A model generated the notes under the pieces. That model made no database searches. It was not told the origin of the DNA and was given only the letters and a program-made list of their open reading frames with translations. From Methylophilaceae bacterium (GTDB lineage Bacteria > Pseudomonadota > Gammaproteobacteria > Burkholderiales > Methylophilaceae): 64,000 nucleotides of DNA. Positions 27,496 to 36,602 of the stretch are shown here, one piece after another. The stretch is from contig JBJXEA010000011.1 in the NCBI GenBank assembly GCA_046155285.1, positions 13,695 through 77,694 on the forward strand, written 5' to 3'. Both the position numbers and the translations under genes were made by a program. Numbering within the stretch: position 1 is the first letter of the stretch; each line of letters begins with the position of its first letter.

Positions 27496-28744
27496 CGCCC
27501 AACTTATCGCCGCGCAAGTGGTAGCCAAAGTCCTCGCCGGACGAAACTTGAATCAAGCGCTGGAAGAAGCGCGACAGCCTGACTTCACGCCGCAGCAACG
27601 CGGTATCACGCAAGATTTGAGCTACGGCACTTTGCGCTGGCTTTCGCGTTTGCAAGCGCTGCTGGCGGGGCTGTTGGAGCGGCCTTTGAACGACGAGCGC
27701 GTGCAAAACCTATTGCTGGTGGCCTTGTACCAACTGGAATACAGCAAAAATGCGCCGCACGCGGTGGTAGATCACGCGGTGCAAGCGGCGGCTAGTTTTG
27801 AGAAATCATGGGCAAAAGGTTTGGTGAATGGCGTGTTGCGTAACTTCATTCGTCAACGCGAAACGCTGATTCAGAATCTGTCGCAGAAGCCTGCCACGCA
27901 ACTTGCCTATCCACAATGGTGGGTGAACAAGCTGCAAAAGCAATACCCAGGCGCATGGGAGGCGATGCTGAAGGTGGGCAATCAGCATCCGCCCATGACT
28001 TTGCGCGTCAATGTTCGTAAAACCACGCGTGATGACTACCTCAATCAACTGTACAACGAAGGCATGGACGCGCATCCAGCGGGCGAATTTGGCATCACTT
28101 TAGACAAACCGTTGCCGGTGGAGAAGCTACCGGGGTTCAGCTTGGGCTTGCTTTCGGTACAAGATTTAGGCGCACAGTTCGCTGCACCAATGCTCGATGT
28201 GCAAGCTGAAATGCGGGTGCTGGACGCGTGCAGTGCGCCGGGCGGCAAAGCGGCGCATTTGCTGGAATTGGCGGAGATTGATTTGCTGGCGCTGGATAGT
28301 GACGAAGTGCGGCTGCAAAAAGTCAGCGGCACTTTGCAGCGGCTAGCGCTTAAAGCCACGGTTAAAACGGGTGATGCCGCCAAACCCGAAACCTGGTGGG
28401 ACGGCCAGCCGTTCGACCGAATTCTGGCCGATGTGCCGTGCACTGCGTCCGGCATCGTGCGCCGTCATCCCGATATCAAATGGTTGCGGCGCGAGGCCGA
28501 CATTGCCAGTTTCTGTGCGCAACAAACAGCGATTTTGCACAGTTTATGGTCAACATTGGCAAAGGGTGGTAAATTGCTGTACGCCACTTGCTCGGTGTTT
28601 GAAGAAGAAAATATCCAGCAAATTCAGGCATTTTTGGCAGCCACACCGGACGCTAAACCACTAGGTAACTGGGAGAAATCTGGTCAGCTTTTGCCTTGCG
28701 ATGCACATGACGGATTTTTTTATGCGCTTATACAAAAAATGTAG
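27476..28744 (+). CDS. rsmB: 16S rRNA (cytosine967-C5)-methyltransferase
   Basis: NusB-like N domain plus DACSAPGGK and PCTASG catalytic motifs. GTG start overlaps the fmt 3' end. Confidence 0.9.
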   Translation: MINLVHNAQLIAAQVVAKVLAGRNLNQALEEARQPDFTPQQRGITQDLSYGTLRWLSRLQALLAGLLERPLNDERVQNLLLVALYQLEYSKNAPHAVVDHAVQAAASFEKSWAKGLVNGVLRNFIRQRETLIQNLSQKPATQLAYPQWWVNKLQKQYPGAWEAMLKVGNQHPPMTLRVNVRKTTRDDYLNQLYNEGMDAHPAGEFGITLDKPLPVEKLPGFSLGLLSVQDLGAQFAAPMLDVQAEMRVLDACSAPGGKAAHLLELAEIDLLALDSDEVRLQKVSGTLQRLALKATVKTGDAAKPETWWDGQPFDRILADVPCTASGIVRRHPDIKWLRREADIASFCAQQTAILHSLWSTLAKGGKLLYATCSVFEEENIQQIQAFLAATPDAKPLGNWEKSGQLLPCDAHDGFFYALIQKM

Positions 28745-29372
28745 CTTGATTCTGTGCACAGCGCTGTTGCTAGTGAATGCTGCTTACGTGCATGCCGCAG
28801 GTATCACCGTGGCGCATGCCGAGCTGGTTGCCGTCGACGAGGTCTATCACCTCAATGCCGACTTTGAAATCAGCTTTAGCCACGAATTAGAAGAAGCCAT
28901 CAACAAAGGTATTGCGCTCAATTTTTTGATCGAATTCGTGCTGATGGAGCCGCATAAATACTGGATGGATGAAGAAGCCACCAGCACTAGCATGGGCGCC
29001 AAGCTGGCCTACCACGCGCTATCCCGTCAATATTTGCTCACGCTGGGTAAGCATCAGGCCAGCTATGTCACCTTGGCGGAAGCGCTGGAGGCTTTGAGCA
29101 AGTTGCGCGGCTTGCCGGTAGTGGAAAAATCTGCCCTAAAAAAAGAAACCAATTATTACGCTTTGCTACGACTGCGGCTTGACCAAACGCGGCTGCCCAA
29201 ACCGCTGCAAGTCAGCGCTATTGGCTCGGATGGTTGGAATTTGGTATCCGATCGTTTTCGCTGGAGCCCTAATTTTGACAAACCTGGCCTCGATAAATCC
29301 AGTTTAGATAAATCCAGCTTAGATAAATCCAGCTTAGATAAGTCCAACCTAGACAAACTAGAAAAACAATGA
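28722..29372 (+). CDS. DUF4390-family secreted protein with a C-terminal pentapeptide repeat tail
   Basis: ATG 28722 gives a signal peptide. The conserved position between rsmB and ntrY is typical of betaproteobacteria. Confidence 0.7.
   Translation: MRLYKKCSLILCTALLLVNAAYVHAAGITVAHAELVAVDEVYHLNADFEISFSHELEEAINKGIALNFLIEFVLMEPHKYWMDEEATSTSMGAKLAYHALSRQYLLTLGKHQASYVTLAEALEALSKLRGLPVVEKSALKKETNYYALLRLRLDQTRLPKPLQVSAIGSDGWNLVSDRFRWSPNFDKPGLDKSSLDKSSLDKSSLDKSNLDKLEKQ
29289..29363 (+). repeat. Five tandem copies of a 15-bp unit (TTAGATAAATCCAGC) encoding (L-D-K-S-S)n
   Basis: Direct reading: the second and third copies (29304-29333) are identical and the flanking copies are diverged. In frame within the DUF4390 gene. 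Confidence 0.85.
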
Positions 29373-31468
29373 AGTACGTGGTCTTAATAGGTGTGGCGCT
29401 AGGGGCAATTCTGCTCTATCTGCTGTCCCACGCCAGCGCCAACACCGCCGTTTCCGGCCAAAACTACACCATTCTGTTAGCGCTGAACATCGTGCTCGCT
29501 GGTTCTTTGGCAGTATTAGTAGGTTGGCAATTGTGGAAGCTGTATCGTCAATTCCAAGCCCAAGTCATGGGCAGCCGCCTCACCCTGCGCTTGCTGGGCA
29601 TGTTTGCCATGATGGCGATTATTCCTGGCTTGATTGTGTATGCGGTATCGGTAAATTTTCTCACGCGCTCTATCGAATCTTGGTTCAATGTCAAGGTGGA
29701 AGCTGCGCTGGATGGCGGTTTGCGGCTAGGGCAAAGCACGCTGGACATCATGTTGCACGAGCTGCAAGACAAGGGCGACAATATGGCGCTGCAATTGGCG
29801 TTGCAAAGCAGTGGTAACCACGTGAGCGCACTCAATGACCTGCGCGAGAAATCCGGTGTGCAAGACGCGGTATTACTCACGCCACAAGGCAAAATTTTAG
29901 CTTTTTCCAGCAATGATTCCACCAGTTTTTTGCCTGAGCTTCCCAATGTAGACCAGCTGCGAAAAGGACGAAAACACAGCTTTGGGCTGATAGACCCGAT
30001 TTTGGGTAAAGGCTTGTATTTGCGCGTTCTTGTGCCCATTGCCGCGCAGGATTTACAAGGCGATACGCGTATTTTGCAATTGTTGCAACCGGTGCCAAAA
30101 ACCTTGGCGGATACGGCGGAAGCTGTGCAAACCGTATATCAGGACTATCAGGAATTATCTTTCGCACGTAGCGCTTTGAAAGACGTGTTTGCGCTCACGC
30201 TGACCTTAGTGTTGATGCTGGCTATGCTCTCTGCCGTGGCATTTGCTTTTGTGTTGAGTCGGCGTTTATCTGCGCCGCTGGGCGTGTTGGCCGAAGGTAC
30301 GCGGGCTATTGCCAGCGGTGATTACGACACAGTGTTGCCGGTACATGGCAAGGACGAACTAGGCATTTTGGTGCGCTCGTTCAACAGCATGACCAAGCAG
30401 CTACGCGAGGCTACGCTTTCCAGCGAAAAACATCGCGTCGAAGTTGAAGCTGCACACGGATATTTGGAAGCGATTTTGGCTAATCTATCATCCGGCGTGT
30501 TGGCGCTGGATGAGCATTATGCCTTGCGTGCATGCAACCCTGCGGCCACTCAGATTTTGGGTGTGGCACTGACGCCCGGGCAAGCATTGACCGACTTGGC
30601 GCAATCGCAGGGAACATTGGCATCACTGGCGCAATCTATTTTGGCGCAGAAACCCGATGCTGATTGGCAGCAGCAAATCGAATTGACGGGCGGGCAAGTA
30701 TTGCTGGTGCGTGGCAGTCGCTTGCCCGCTGGCAGTGATAGCGGCTTTGTGGTGGTGTTTGATGACATTACCAAGCTCATGCAAGCCCAGCGCGACGCGG
30801 CCTGGGGCGAGGTGGCGCGGCGCTTGGCGCACGAGATCAAAAATCCGCTCACGCCGATTCAACTTTCTGCCGAGCGGCTGGAACACAAGCTCACAGCCAA
30901 GCTGGACGCGGCTGATGCCAAAGTGCTGCAACGCGCCACGCATACCATCGTCACCCAAGTCACCGCGCTCAAAAGTATGGTCAACGAGTTCAGCGAATAC
31001 GCGCGTTCACCTGCCTTGAATCTGGCTGAGCTGGATTTCAACGCGTTGCTGCGCGAGGTGTTGGCATTGTACGAGCCCCCCGGCATTGCCATGCACATAG
31101 ACGTGCCAAAAACGCCATTCAAACTGGAAGGCGACGCCACCATGCTGCGCCAGATATTGCACAATCTGTTACAGAATGCACAGGATGCTCTGGAAGACGT
31201 GAAAGAGGCTGCTATCCACGTCACCAGCAGCCTACAAGACGGTTTTATACGCCTCATGATTCGAGACAACGGCAGCGGTTTCCCCGAAGATATGATTGCG
31301 CGTGTGTTTGAGCCTTATGTCACCACTAAGCGCCACGGTACCGGCTTGGGGCTGGCTATTGTGAAAAAAATTGTGGAAGAACATCATGGCACCATACACA
31401 TCAAAAACCATCCCGACGGCGGCGCTGAAATCTGTTTGTCGCTACCAACACTGAAAGCATCACTATGA
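29369..31468 (+). CDS. ntrY: NtrY-like membrane sensor histidine kinase (HAMP-PAS-HisKA-HATPase)
   Basis: H-box LAHEIKNPLTPIQLSAE; N-box/G-box (RDNGSGFP, GTGLGLAIV). ATGA overlap with the upstream gene. Confidence 0.85.
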   Translation: MKYVVLIGVALGAILLYLLSHASANTAVSGQNYTILLALNIVLAGSLAVLVGWQLWKLYRQFQAQVMGSRLTLRLLGMFAMMAIIPGLIVYAVSVNFLTRSIESWFNVKVEAALDGGLRLGQSTLDIMLHELQDKGDNMALQLALQSSGNHVSALNDLREKSGVQDAVLLTPQGKILAFSSNDSTSFLPELPNVDQLRKGRKHSFGLIDPILGKGLYLRVLVPIAAQDLQGDTRILQLLQPVPKTLADTAEAVQTVYQDYQELSFARSALKDVFALTLTLVLMLAMLSAVAFAFVLSRRLSAPLGVLAEGTRAIASGDYDTVLPVHGKDELGILVRSFNSMTKQLREATLSSEKHRVEVEAAHGYLEAILANLSSGVLALDEHYALRACNPAATQILGVALTPGQALTDLAQSQGTLASLAQSILAQKPDADWQQQIELTGGQVLLVRGSRLPAGSDSGFVVVFDDITKLMQAQRDAAWGEVARRLAHEIKNPLTPIQLSAERLEHKLTAKLDAADAKVLQRATHTIVTQVTALKSMVNEFSEYARSPALNLAELDFNALLREVLALYEPPGIAMHIDVPKTPFKLEGDATMLRQILHNLLQNAQDALEDVKEAAIHVTSSLQDGFIRLMIRDNGSGFPEDMIARVFEPYVTTKRHGTGLGLAIVKKIVEEHHGTIHIKNHPDGGAEICLSLPTLKASL

Positions 31469-32721
31469 CTGCACGGCATATTTTGATAGTGGACGACGAA
31501 GTCGGCATCCGCGAGTTGCTGCGCGACATTCTAGAAGACGAGGGCTATCACGTGGTGCTGGCAGAAAACGCCGCCGAGGCGCGTAATTTCCGCCTGAAAA
31601 CGCAGCCAGACTTGGTGTTGCTCGACATCTGGATGCCCGACTGCGACGGCGTGACTTTGCTCAAAGAATGGGTGAGCGGCGGCCTGCTGACCATGCCGGT
31701 GGTGATGATGTCCGGCCACGCCACGGTGGATACCGCGGTGGAAGCCACGCGAATAGGCGCATTCGATTTTCTGGAAAAACCCATCGCACTACAAAAGCTA
31801 CTCAAAACTGTCACTGCGGCGTTGAAATCGGGCGAGCACCTGCCGCGCCAGAGCGTCAATCTCATCGGCTTAGGAAAAAGCGCTTCGATGATAAAATTGC
31901 GCCAGCAGCTGGAACACGCCGCAAAATCTCATGCGCCTTTGTTGCTGCTGGGGACAAAAGGTTGCGGTTTTGAACTGTGCGCACGCGCCTTGCACCATGC
32001 CGACACGCCTTGGGTGACGCTGGAAGCACCGGAAAAGCTGGCGCAAGCGCCTTTAGATATTTTGGAGCGTGCGCGAGATGGCGTGCTGTTTACGGGCGAA
32101 ATTGCCGAGCTTTCTAATAGCGCACAAAAAGGCTTTTTGTTGCTCATACAAAAAGCCGAAAAATACGCGGTGCGCGTGATTTGCAGCACCTCGCGTGACT
32201 TGCCGCAACTTGCCGCCGCGCACCAGTTTGACGACAATTTGCTGCAAGCTATAGGCGCCCTCACCGTGCGTGTGCCAGCGCTCAACGAGCATAGAGAAGA
32301 CATCCCGGAACTCGCCAGCGGTCTTGCCACACGCTTGACTGAAGCGGGCGACGCGCCCTATCACAGTTTTGATACCGCGGCGCTGAACGCGCTACGCAAT
32401 GCGGAATGGCCGGGTAATCTGGCGCAACTGGAAAATGTCGTCAAACGGCTGTTGCTCGCGGCGAAAGAAGATGTGATTGGCTTGGGCGAAGTTCAACACA
32501 TCTTGCAAGAGTTTTCCGGTTTGGAAATTGTTGGTAATGCGCCGCCATTGGTGTCTTTTGACCAGCCTTTGCGCGAGGCACGTGATGAGTTCGAACGCCT
32601 ATATTTTGATTATCATGTAGCCAAAACCAATGGCAACATGAGCCACCTGGCTGATACGGTGGGCTTGGAACGCACGCATTTGTATCGCAAGTTGAAGCAG
32701 CTGGGGATTAAAGCGCGTTGA
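31465..32721 (+). CDS. ntrX: NtrX-like response regulator with a degenerate AAA+ domain and a C-terminal Fis-type HTH
   Basis: Receiver domain (DLVLLDIWMPD); central domain with GTKGCGFE in place of GxxGxGKE; C-terminal HTH (…LERTHLYRKLKQLGI). Confidence 0.8.
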   Translation: MTARHILIVDDEVGIRELLRDILEDEGYHVVLAENAAEARNFRLKTQPDLVLLDIWMPDCDGVTLLKEWVSGGLLTMPVVMMSGHATVDTAVEATRIGAFDFLEKPIALQKLLKTVTAALKSGEHLPRQSVNLIGLGKSASMIKLRQQLEHAAKSHAPLLLLGTKGCGFELCARALHHADTPWVTLEAPEKLAQAPLDILERARDGVLFTGEIAELSNSAQKGFLLLIQKAEKYAVRVICSTSRDLPQLAAAHQFDDNLLQAIGALTVRVPALNEHREDIPELASGLATRLTEAGDAPYHSFDTAALNALRNAEWPGNLAQLENVVKRLLLAAKEDVIGLGEVQHILQEFSGLEIVGNAPPLVSFDQPLREARDEFERLYFDYHVAKTNGNMSHLADTVGLERTHLYRKLKQLGIKAR

Positions 32722-32736
32722 TTGAATGCTCTCTGG

Positions 32737-32756
32737 ATTCCGGCCTCCGCCGGAAT
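32737..32756. terminator. Hairpin between convergent genes (no U-tract)
   Basis: ATTCCGGC-ctcc-GCCGGAAT. Confidence 0.35.
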
Positions 32757-32767
32757 GACGGAGCGCA

Positions 32768-34150
32768 CTAAGTCGCGCTAAACACCACCGTTACCTGCGT
32801 GCCGTGCCCTTGCTGGCCTGCGCCTAGGCTAACGCTGGCTTGGTGCGCCAAAGCGATTTCACGCACAATCGCCAACCCCAAACCACAACCTTCACCCACG
32901 CTATCATCCAGCCGATGAAAGCGCTCAAATACCCGTTCGCGCTCGATTTCTGGAATGCCTGGACCATTGTCTTCCACAATTAAACTCAGCGTTTTGTCCG
33001 TGCGGATTAGGCTCAAGGTCACTTCGCCGTGCGGCTGAGTATAAGTAATCGCGTTATCCAGCAAATTGGCCATCATTTCGCGCAGCATCACTGCATCGCC
33101 TTGTATCAACAGGGGTTCATCGGGAGCTTCAAGCCCTAAGTCAATCTGTTTGGCCAGCGCTAGATTGACAAAATCGGCGGTGACCGCACGCGCCAACTCC
33201 ACCATGTTACACGCCACCATATTCGATTCACGGCCAGATCCAGGTTCCACCCGAGCTAATGAAAGCAATTGGCTAACCAAGTGCGACAAACGTGCGGTGC
33301 TGGCATTGATGCGTTCCAAAGCATTATGCACCACTGCCGTATCCGGTTCGCGCAAGGCCATTTCAGCTTGGGTTTGCAGCCCTGCCAGCGGTGTTCTGAG
33401 CTGATGCGAGGCGTCTGCAATAAAGCGTTGCTGCACGCCTATCGCTTCACGTACGCGCTGCATCAGATCATTGAAAGAATGTAGCAATGGTTGCACTTCT
33501 TGCGGTGCGGTTTCAGCAGGCACGGCGCTCAAGTCGCGGTGCGAGCGCTGGCTAAAGGCTAAGCTCAAGCGTTGCAAGGGTGCCAAGCCGCGCTTGACTC
33601 CATAAAACAACAATGCAGCGGCCAATAGCACCATCAACAATTGCGGCAGCACAGTAGCGGCCATAATCTCACTTACCATCAACTCGCGCTTGGTGAGTGT
33701 TTCCGCCACTTGTATCAAGACCACGCCACTGGCACTTGTACCTTGTAGTGATAAGGCAAATACCACCGCCCGCGCTGGTTTGCCCTCCAACTGAGTATCG
33801 TAATAAAGGTGCTGGTTAGGCAGCGGAGGGTGCTGTGGCAACGGCAGCGTCGCGTCCCCCTTCACCAACTGACCATCAGGCGCAGTGATGCGGTAATACA
33901 CCAAGTCGTCTTCATCGTATTCCAGTAAATCTAATGCGGCTTTTGGCAAATCCACCACTACAGTGCCTTGTCGTACTTCTACCTGATCTGCCAACGCCAA
34001 GGCGGCGCGAAACAAGGTGCCGTCATAGGTGAGGTTGGTGATATGGGTGGCGGCCAGGTAGGCTGCCACCACTCCAGCCAGCAGCAATGGAATCAACAAC
34101 GTCATTAAGCCGCGCAATAGCTGATTACGTAAAGAAGGGGCTCTATTCAT
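32768..34150 (-). CDS. Sensor histidine kinase (periplasmic N-domain, TctE/QseC-like)
   Basis: Two TM segments; H-box ASHQLRTPLAGL; HATPase motifs (EDNGPGIP, GCGLGLAIV). Confidence 0.85.
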   Translation of the reverse strand: MNRAPSLRNQLLRGLMTLLIPLLLAGVVAAYLAATHITNLTYDGTLFRAALALADQVEVRQGTVVVDLPKAALDLLEYDEDDLVYYRITAPDGQLVKGDATLPLPQHPPLPNQHLYYDTQLEGKPARAVVFALSLQGTSASGVVLIQVAETLTKRELMVSEIMAATVLPQLLMVLLAAALLFYGVKRGLAPLQRLSLAFSQRSHRDLSAVPAETAPQEVQPLLHSFNDLMQRVREAIGVQQRFIADASHQLRTPLAGLQTQAEMALREPDTAVVHNALERINASTARLSHLVSQLLSLARVEPGSGRESNMVACNMVELARAVTADFVNLALAKQIDLGLEAPDEPLLIQGDAVMLREMMANLLDNAITYTQPHGEVTLSLIRTDKTLSLIVEDNGPGIPEIERERVFERFHRLDDSVGEGCGLGLAIVREIALAHQASVSLGAGQQGHGTQVTVVFSAT

Positions 34151-34808
34151 GTTCTAACAAATATCCCAAACCGCGAATGGTACGGATATGTGCACCGGAG
34201 CCTTCTAGTTTCTTACGCAGTCTATGCACGTAGACCTCAATCGCATTGTCGCCGATGTCGTCATCCCAGTTGTAGAGCGCTTCCATGATTTGTTCTTTGT
34301 TTACCACTTTGTTTTGGCGCAACATCAACACCTCCAGCACACCCAATTCACGCGCGGAAAGTTCCAATGGTGTTTGCTCAATGAGTGCGCGTTTGCCTAC
34401 CGCGTCAAACTCAAGTTTGCCGCACGCCAGCAATGCATTGCTGCCCATTTGCCCGCGTCGCAACAGGGCGCGGATGCGGGCTTCCAGCTCGACCAGATTA
34501 AACGGCTTGGTTAAATAGTCGTCCGCACCCAAATCCAGACCTTGTACGCGGCTTTCAATCGCGTCGCGCGCGGTCAAAATCAGCACTGGTGTTTTGCCGC
34601 CGCGCTGGCGCAGGCGTCGCAGCACTTCCAGCCCGTCCATCTTGGGCAAGCCTAAATCCAAAATCGCCAAATCATAATCAGCATCTTTCAACATGCTATG
34701 CGCCATCTCGCCATTGGCCGCCACATCGAGCGCATAGCCAGACTGATGCAGCGATCGCATCAGGCCGTCAGCAAGGGTGGGATCGTCTTCAACAATTAAA
34801 ATTCGCAT
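34143..34808 (-). CDS. OmpR-family response regulator
   Basis: Receiver (DLAILDLGLPKMDG) plus winged-helix output (…VYVHRLRKKLE…IRTIRGLGY). 8-nt overlap with the kinase gene. Confidence 0.9.
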   Translation of the reverse strand: MRILIVEDDPTLADGLMRSLHQSGYALDVAANGEMAHSMLKDADYDLAILDLGLPKMDGLEVLRRLRQRGGKTPVLILTARDAIESRVQGLDLGADDYLTKPFNLVELEARIRALLRRGQMGSNALLACGKLEFDAVGKRALIEQTPLELSARELGVLEVLMLRQNKVVNKEQIMEALYNWDDDIGDNAIEVYVHRLRKKLEGSGAHIRTIRGLGYLLEHE

Positions 34809-34942
34809 GAAAGATTCGAGTAAGGTTGAGTGTGTATTGTTCGCATCACTGGCTGCTTCACTTCAGAGCGTGAGGCAGTTTAGAGAGTGTAAATCATTTT
34901 ATTTTATACAACTTTTTATTCACTTTTCTCAAAGGAAAAACC

Positions 34943-35161
34943 ATGAACAAGCTTATCGTTGCACTAATCGCTGGTCTGTTTGCTGTTTCTTTAACCGCTG
35001 CTGCTGCTGACGCACCTGCTGCTGCACCTGCCGCTGACGCTGTTAAGGCTGAAAAGCCAGCTGATGCTAAGAAGCATCACGAAAAGAAACATCACGAAAA
35101 GAAGATGGAAAAGAAGGCTGAAGAAATGAAACCTGCTGCTGATGCTCCTGCTGCTAAGTAA
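34943..35161 (+). CDS. Small secreted Ala/Lys/His-rich protein (Asr-like composition)
   Basis: SD AAAGGAAAAA; signal peptide; low-complexity mature part with a KKHHEKKHHEKK repeat. Strong terminator downstream. Confidence 0.6.
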   Translation: MNKLIVALIAGLFAVSLTAAAADAPAAAPAADAVKAEKPADAKKHHEKKHHEKKMEKKAEEMKPAADAPAAK

Positions 35162-35180
35162 TTAGCTTCAAGCATTAAGA

Positions 35181-35208
35181 AAAGCGGAGTTTAGGCTCCG
35201 CTTTTTTA
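35181..35208 (+). terminator. Rho-independent terminator
   Basis: AAAGCGGAG-tttag-GCTCCGCTTTTTT. Confidence 0.8.
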
Positions 35209-35215
35209 TTGTGCG

Positions 35216-35977
35216 CTACAACTCAACGACCACCGGCGTATGGTCAGAAGGCCGTTCCAGCTTGCGTGGCGCCTTGTCTATCCAGCAGGCTTGGCACTGA
35301 ACGGCCAAGGGTGGTGACAGCAAAATATGGTCTATCCGCATGCCAAAATTCCGCCGAAACCCCATCATGCGGTAATCCCACCAACTAAAACTCTTTTCAG
35401 GTTGCTCAAACAAACGGAAAGCATCGTGCAAGCCTAAGCCCAGCACCCCTTTGAAAGCATCGCGCTCCGGCTCACTCACCAACACTTGCCCCACCCAAGC
35501 CGCTGGGTCGTGGCAATCTCTATCTTCCGGCGCGACGTTATAGTCCCCCAATAACGCCAACTTTGGATGGCGTTGCAGTTCGTCGCGCAGCCAAGCATTT
35601 AGCGCCTTGAGCCAACGCAGCTTATAGTGATACTTGTCTGAATCCACCGCCTGCCCGTTAGGGATATAGATACAAATCACCCGTGTATCACCAAACGTGG
35701 CGGCGATTACGCGCTTCTGCTCATCCTCAAAATTGGGAATCGCGCTGACCACATCCGTAGCCGCAGCCTTACTCAAAATCGCCACACCGTTATAAGTCTT
35801 TTGCCCGACGAAACACACGCGATAACCCGCAGCCTCAATCTCGGCAACAGGGAAATTCTTATCTTCGGTTTTGGTTTCTTGCAAACAAAGCACGTCTGGC
35901 TGATTGGCCGCAATCCAATCCAGCACGTGGGGCAAACGGACTTTGAGGGAATTGACGTTCCAAGTGGCGAGTTTCAT
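35216..35977 (-). CDS. xthA: Exodeoxyribonuclease III
   Basis: [15 protein letters not shown]… canonical start (ATG 35977); C-terminus [10 protein letters not shown]. Confidence 0.9.
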   Translation of the reverse strand: MKLATWNVNSLKVRLPHVLDWIAANQPDVLCLQETKTEDKNFPVAEIEAAGYRVCFVGQKTYNGVAILSKAAATDVVSAIPNFEDEQKRVIAATFGDTRVICIYIPNGQAVDSDKYHYKLRWLKALNAWLRDELQRHPKLALLGDYNVAPEDRDCHDPAAWVGQVLVSEPERDAFKGVLGLGLHDAFRLFEQPEKSFSWWDYRMMGFRRNFGMRIDHILLSPPLAVQCQACWIDKAPRKLERPSDHTPVVVEL

Positions 35978-35981
35978 AGCG

Positions 35982-36287
35982 TTAAGTTTTCTTGAGCCGT
36001 TGCTTCCAAATCGCGGGGTTTCTTGCGCTATGTAACACAGCCAGCACCACGATATATTGCTCACGTTGGCGAAAATAGATGCAATAGGGGAAACGCAGAG
36101 CGACGGCTTTATGTACATCTTGGTAAATCAAAGGGAATTGATTGGGAGTAGTGGTAATACGAGTAAGCAAGCGTCCAATTTCTGCAAGAAACTCCTCGCC
36201 CAAACCCGCGCGCTCTTGCTCATACCAGTTGCCAGCCGCGTCAAATTCACGACGTGCCTGCCGCCTGAAAACTACAGGCAAAATCAT
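35982..36287 (-). CDS. parE: ParE/RelE-family toxin
   Basis: 101 aa; …YRIVYFRQ-like core ([26 protein letters not shown]). ATGA overlap with the antitoxin gene. Confidence 0.85.
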   Translation of the reverse strand: MILPVVFRRQARREFDAAGNWYEQERAGLGEEFLAEIGRLLTRITTTPNQFPLIYQDVHKAVALRFPYCIYFRQREQYIVVLAVLHSARNPAIWKQRLKKT

Positions 36288-36520
36288 CGTTGCCAGCGGG
36301 ATTGTGCTTCAGCTTTGATAGTTTCCCAAGCGACAACGTCATCGGGATTGGTGTCATCCTCGGCAAGGCGCTGCTCTATAAGACCCTTTTCCACATCGGT
36401 GAGCGGCAACAAGCCTGCCTCAACAGCAACCGAATCCCAAATATCCTGAACCAGCGCGATGCGATCATCAACACTCATGTGATCAATACCCAGAGTTTGT
36501 AATGCTTGTCCCATTTGCAT
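36284..36520 (-). CDS. Addiction-module antitoxin (TIGR02574-like 'putative addiction module component')
   Basis: 78 aa, SD AGGAG. The motif …RIALVQDIWDSV…LPLTDVEKGLIEQRLAE… is typical of this antitoxin family. Confidence 0.8.
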   Translation of the reverse strand: MQMGQALQTLGIDHMSVDDRIALVQDIWDSVAVEAGLLPLTDVEKGLIEQRLAEDDTNPDDVVAWETIKAEAQSRWQR

Positions 36521-36602
36521 GCTCCTAGAAGTCTGAACGTATGGGTAACATCATGCCGCAAACTGATAGGTTTGTGTAGCACCTATAGCCAAGGGACGCT
36601 TT

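Noticed and set aside
35978-36118. N-terminal extension of xthA in the ORF track; similar extensions for prlC (42776-42976) and ahcY (25767-25817)
   Set aside because: The canonical N-termini ([31 protein letters not shown]) begin at internal ATGs. The extensions overlap the parE gene, the prmC promoter region or the riboswitch platform, and have Cys-rich, unnatural sequences.
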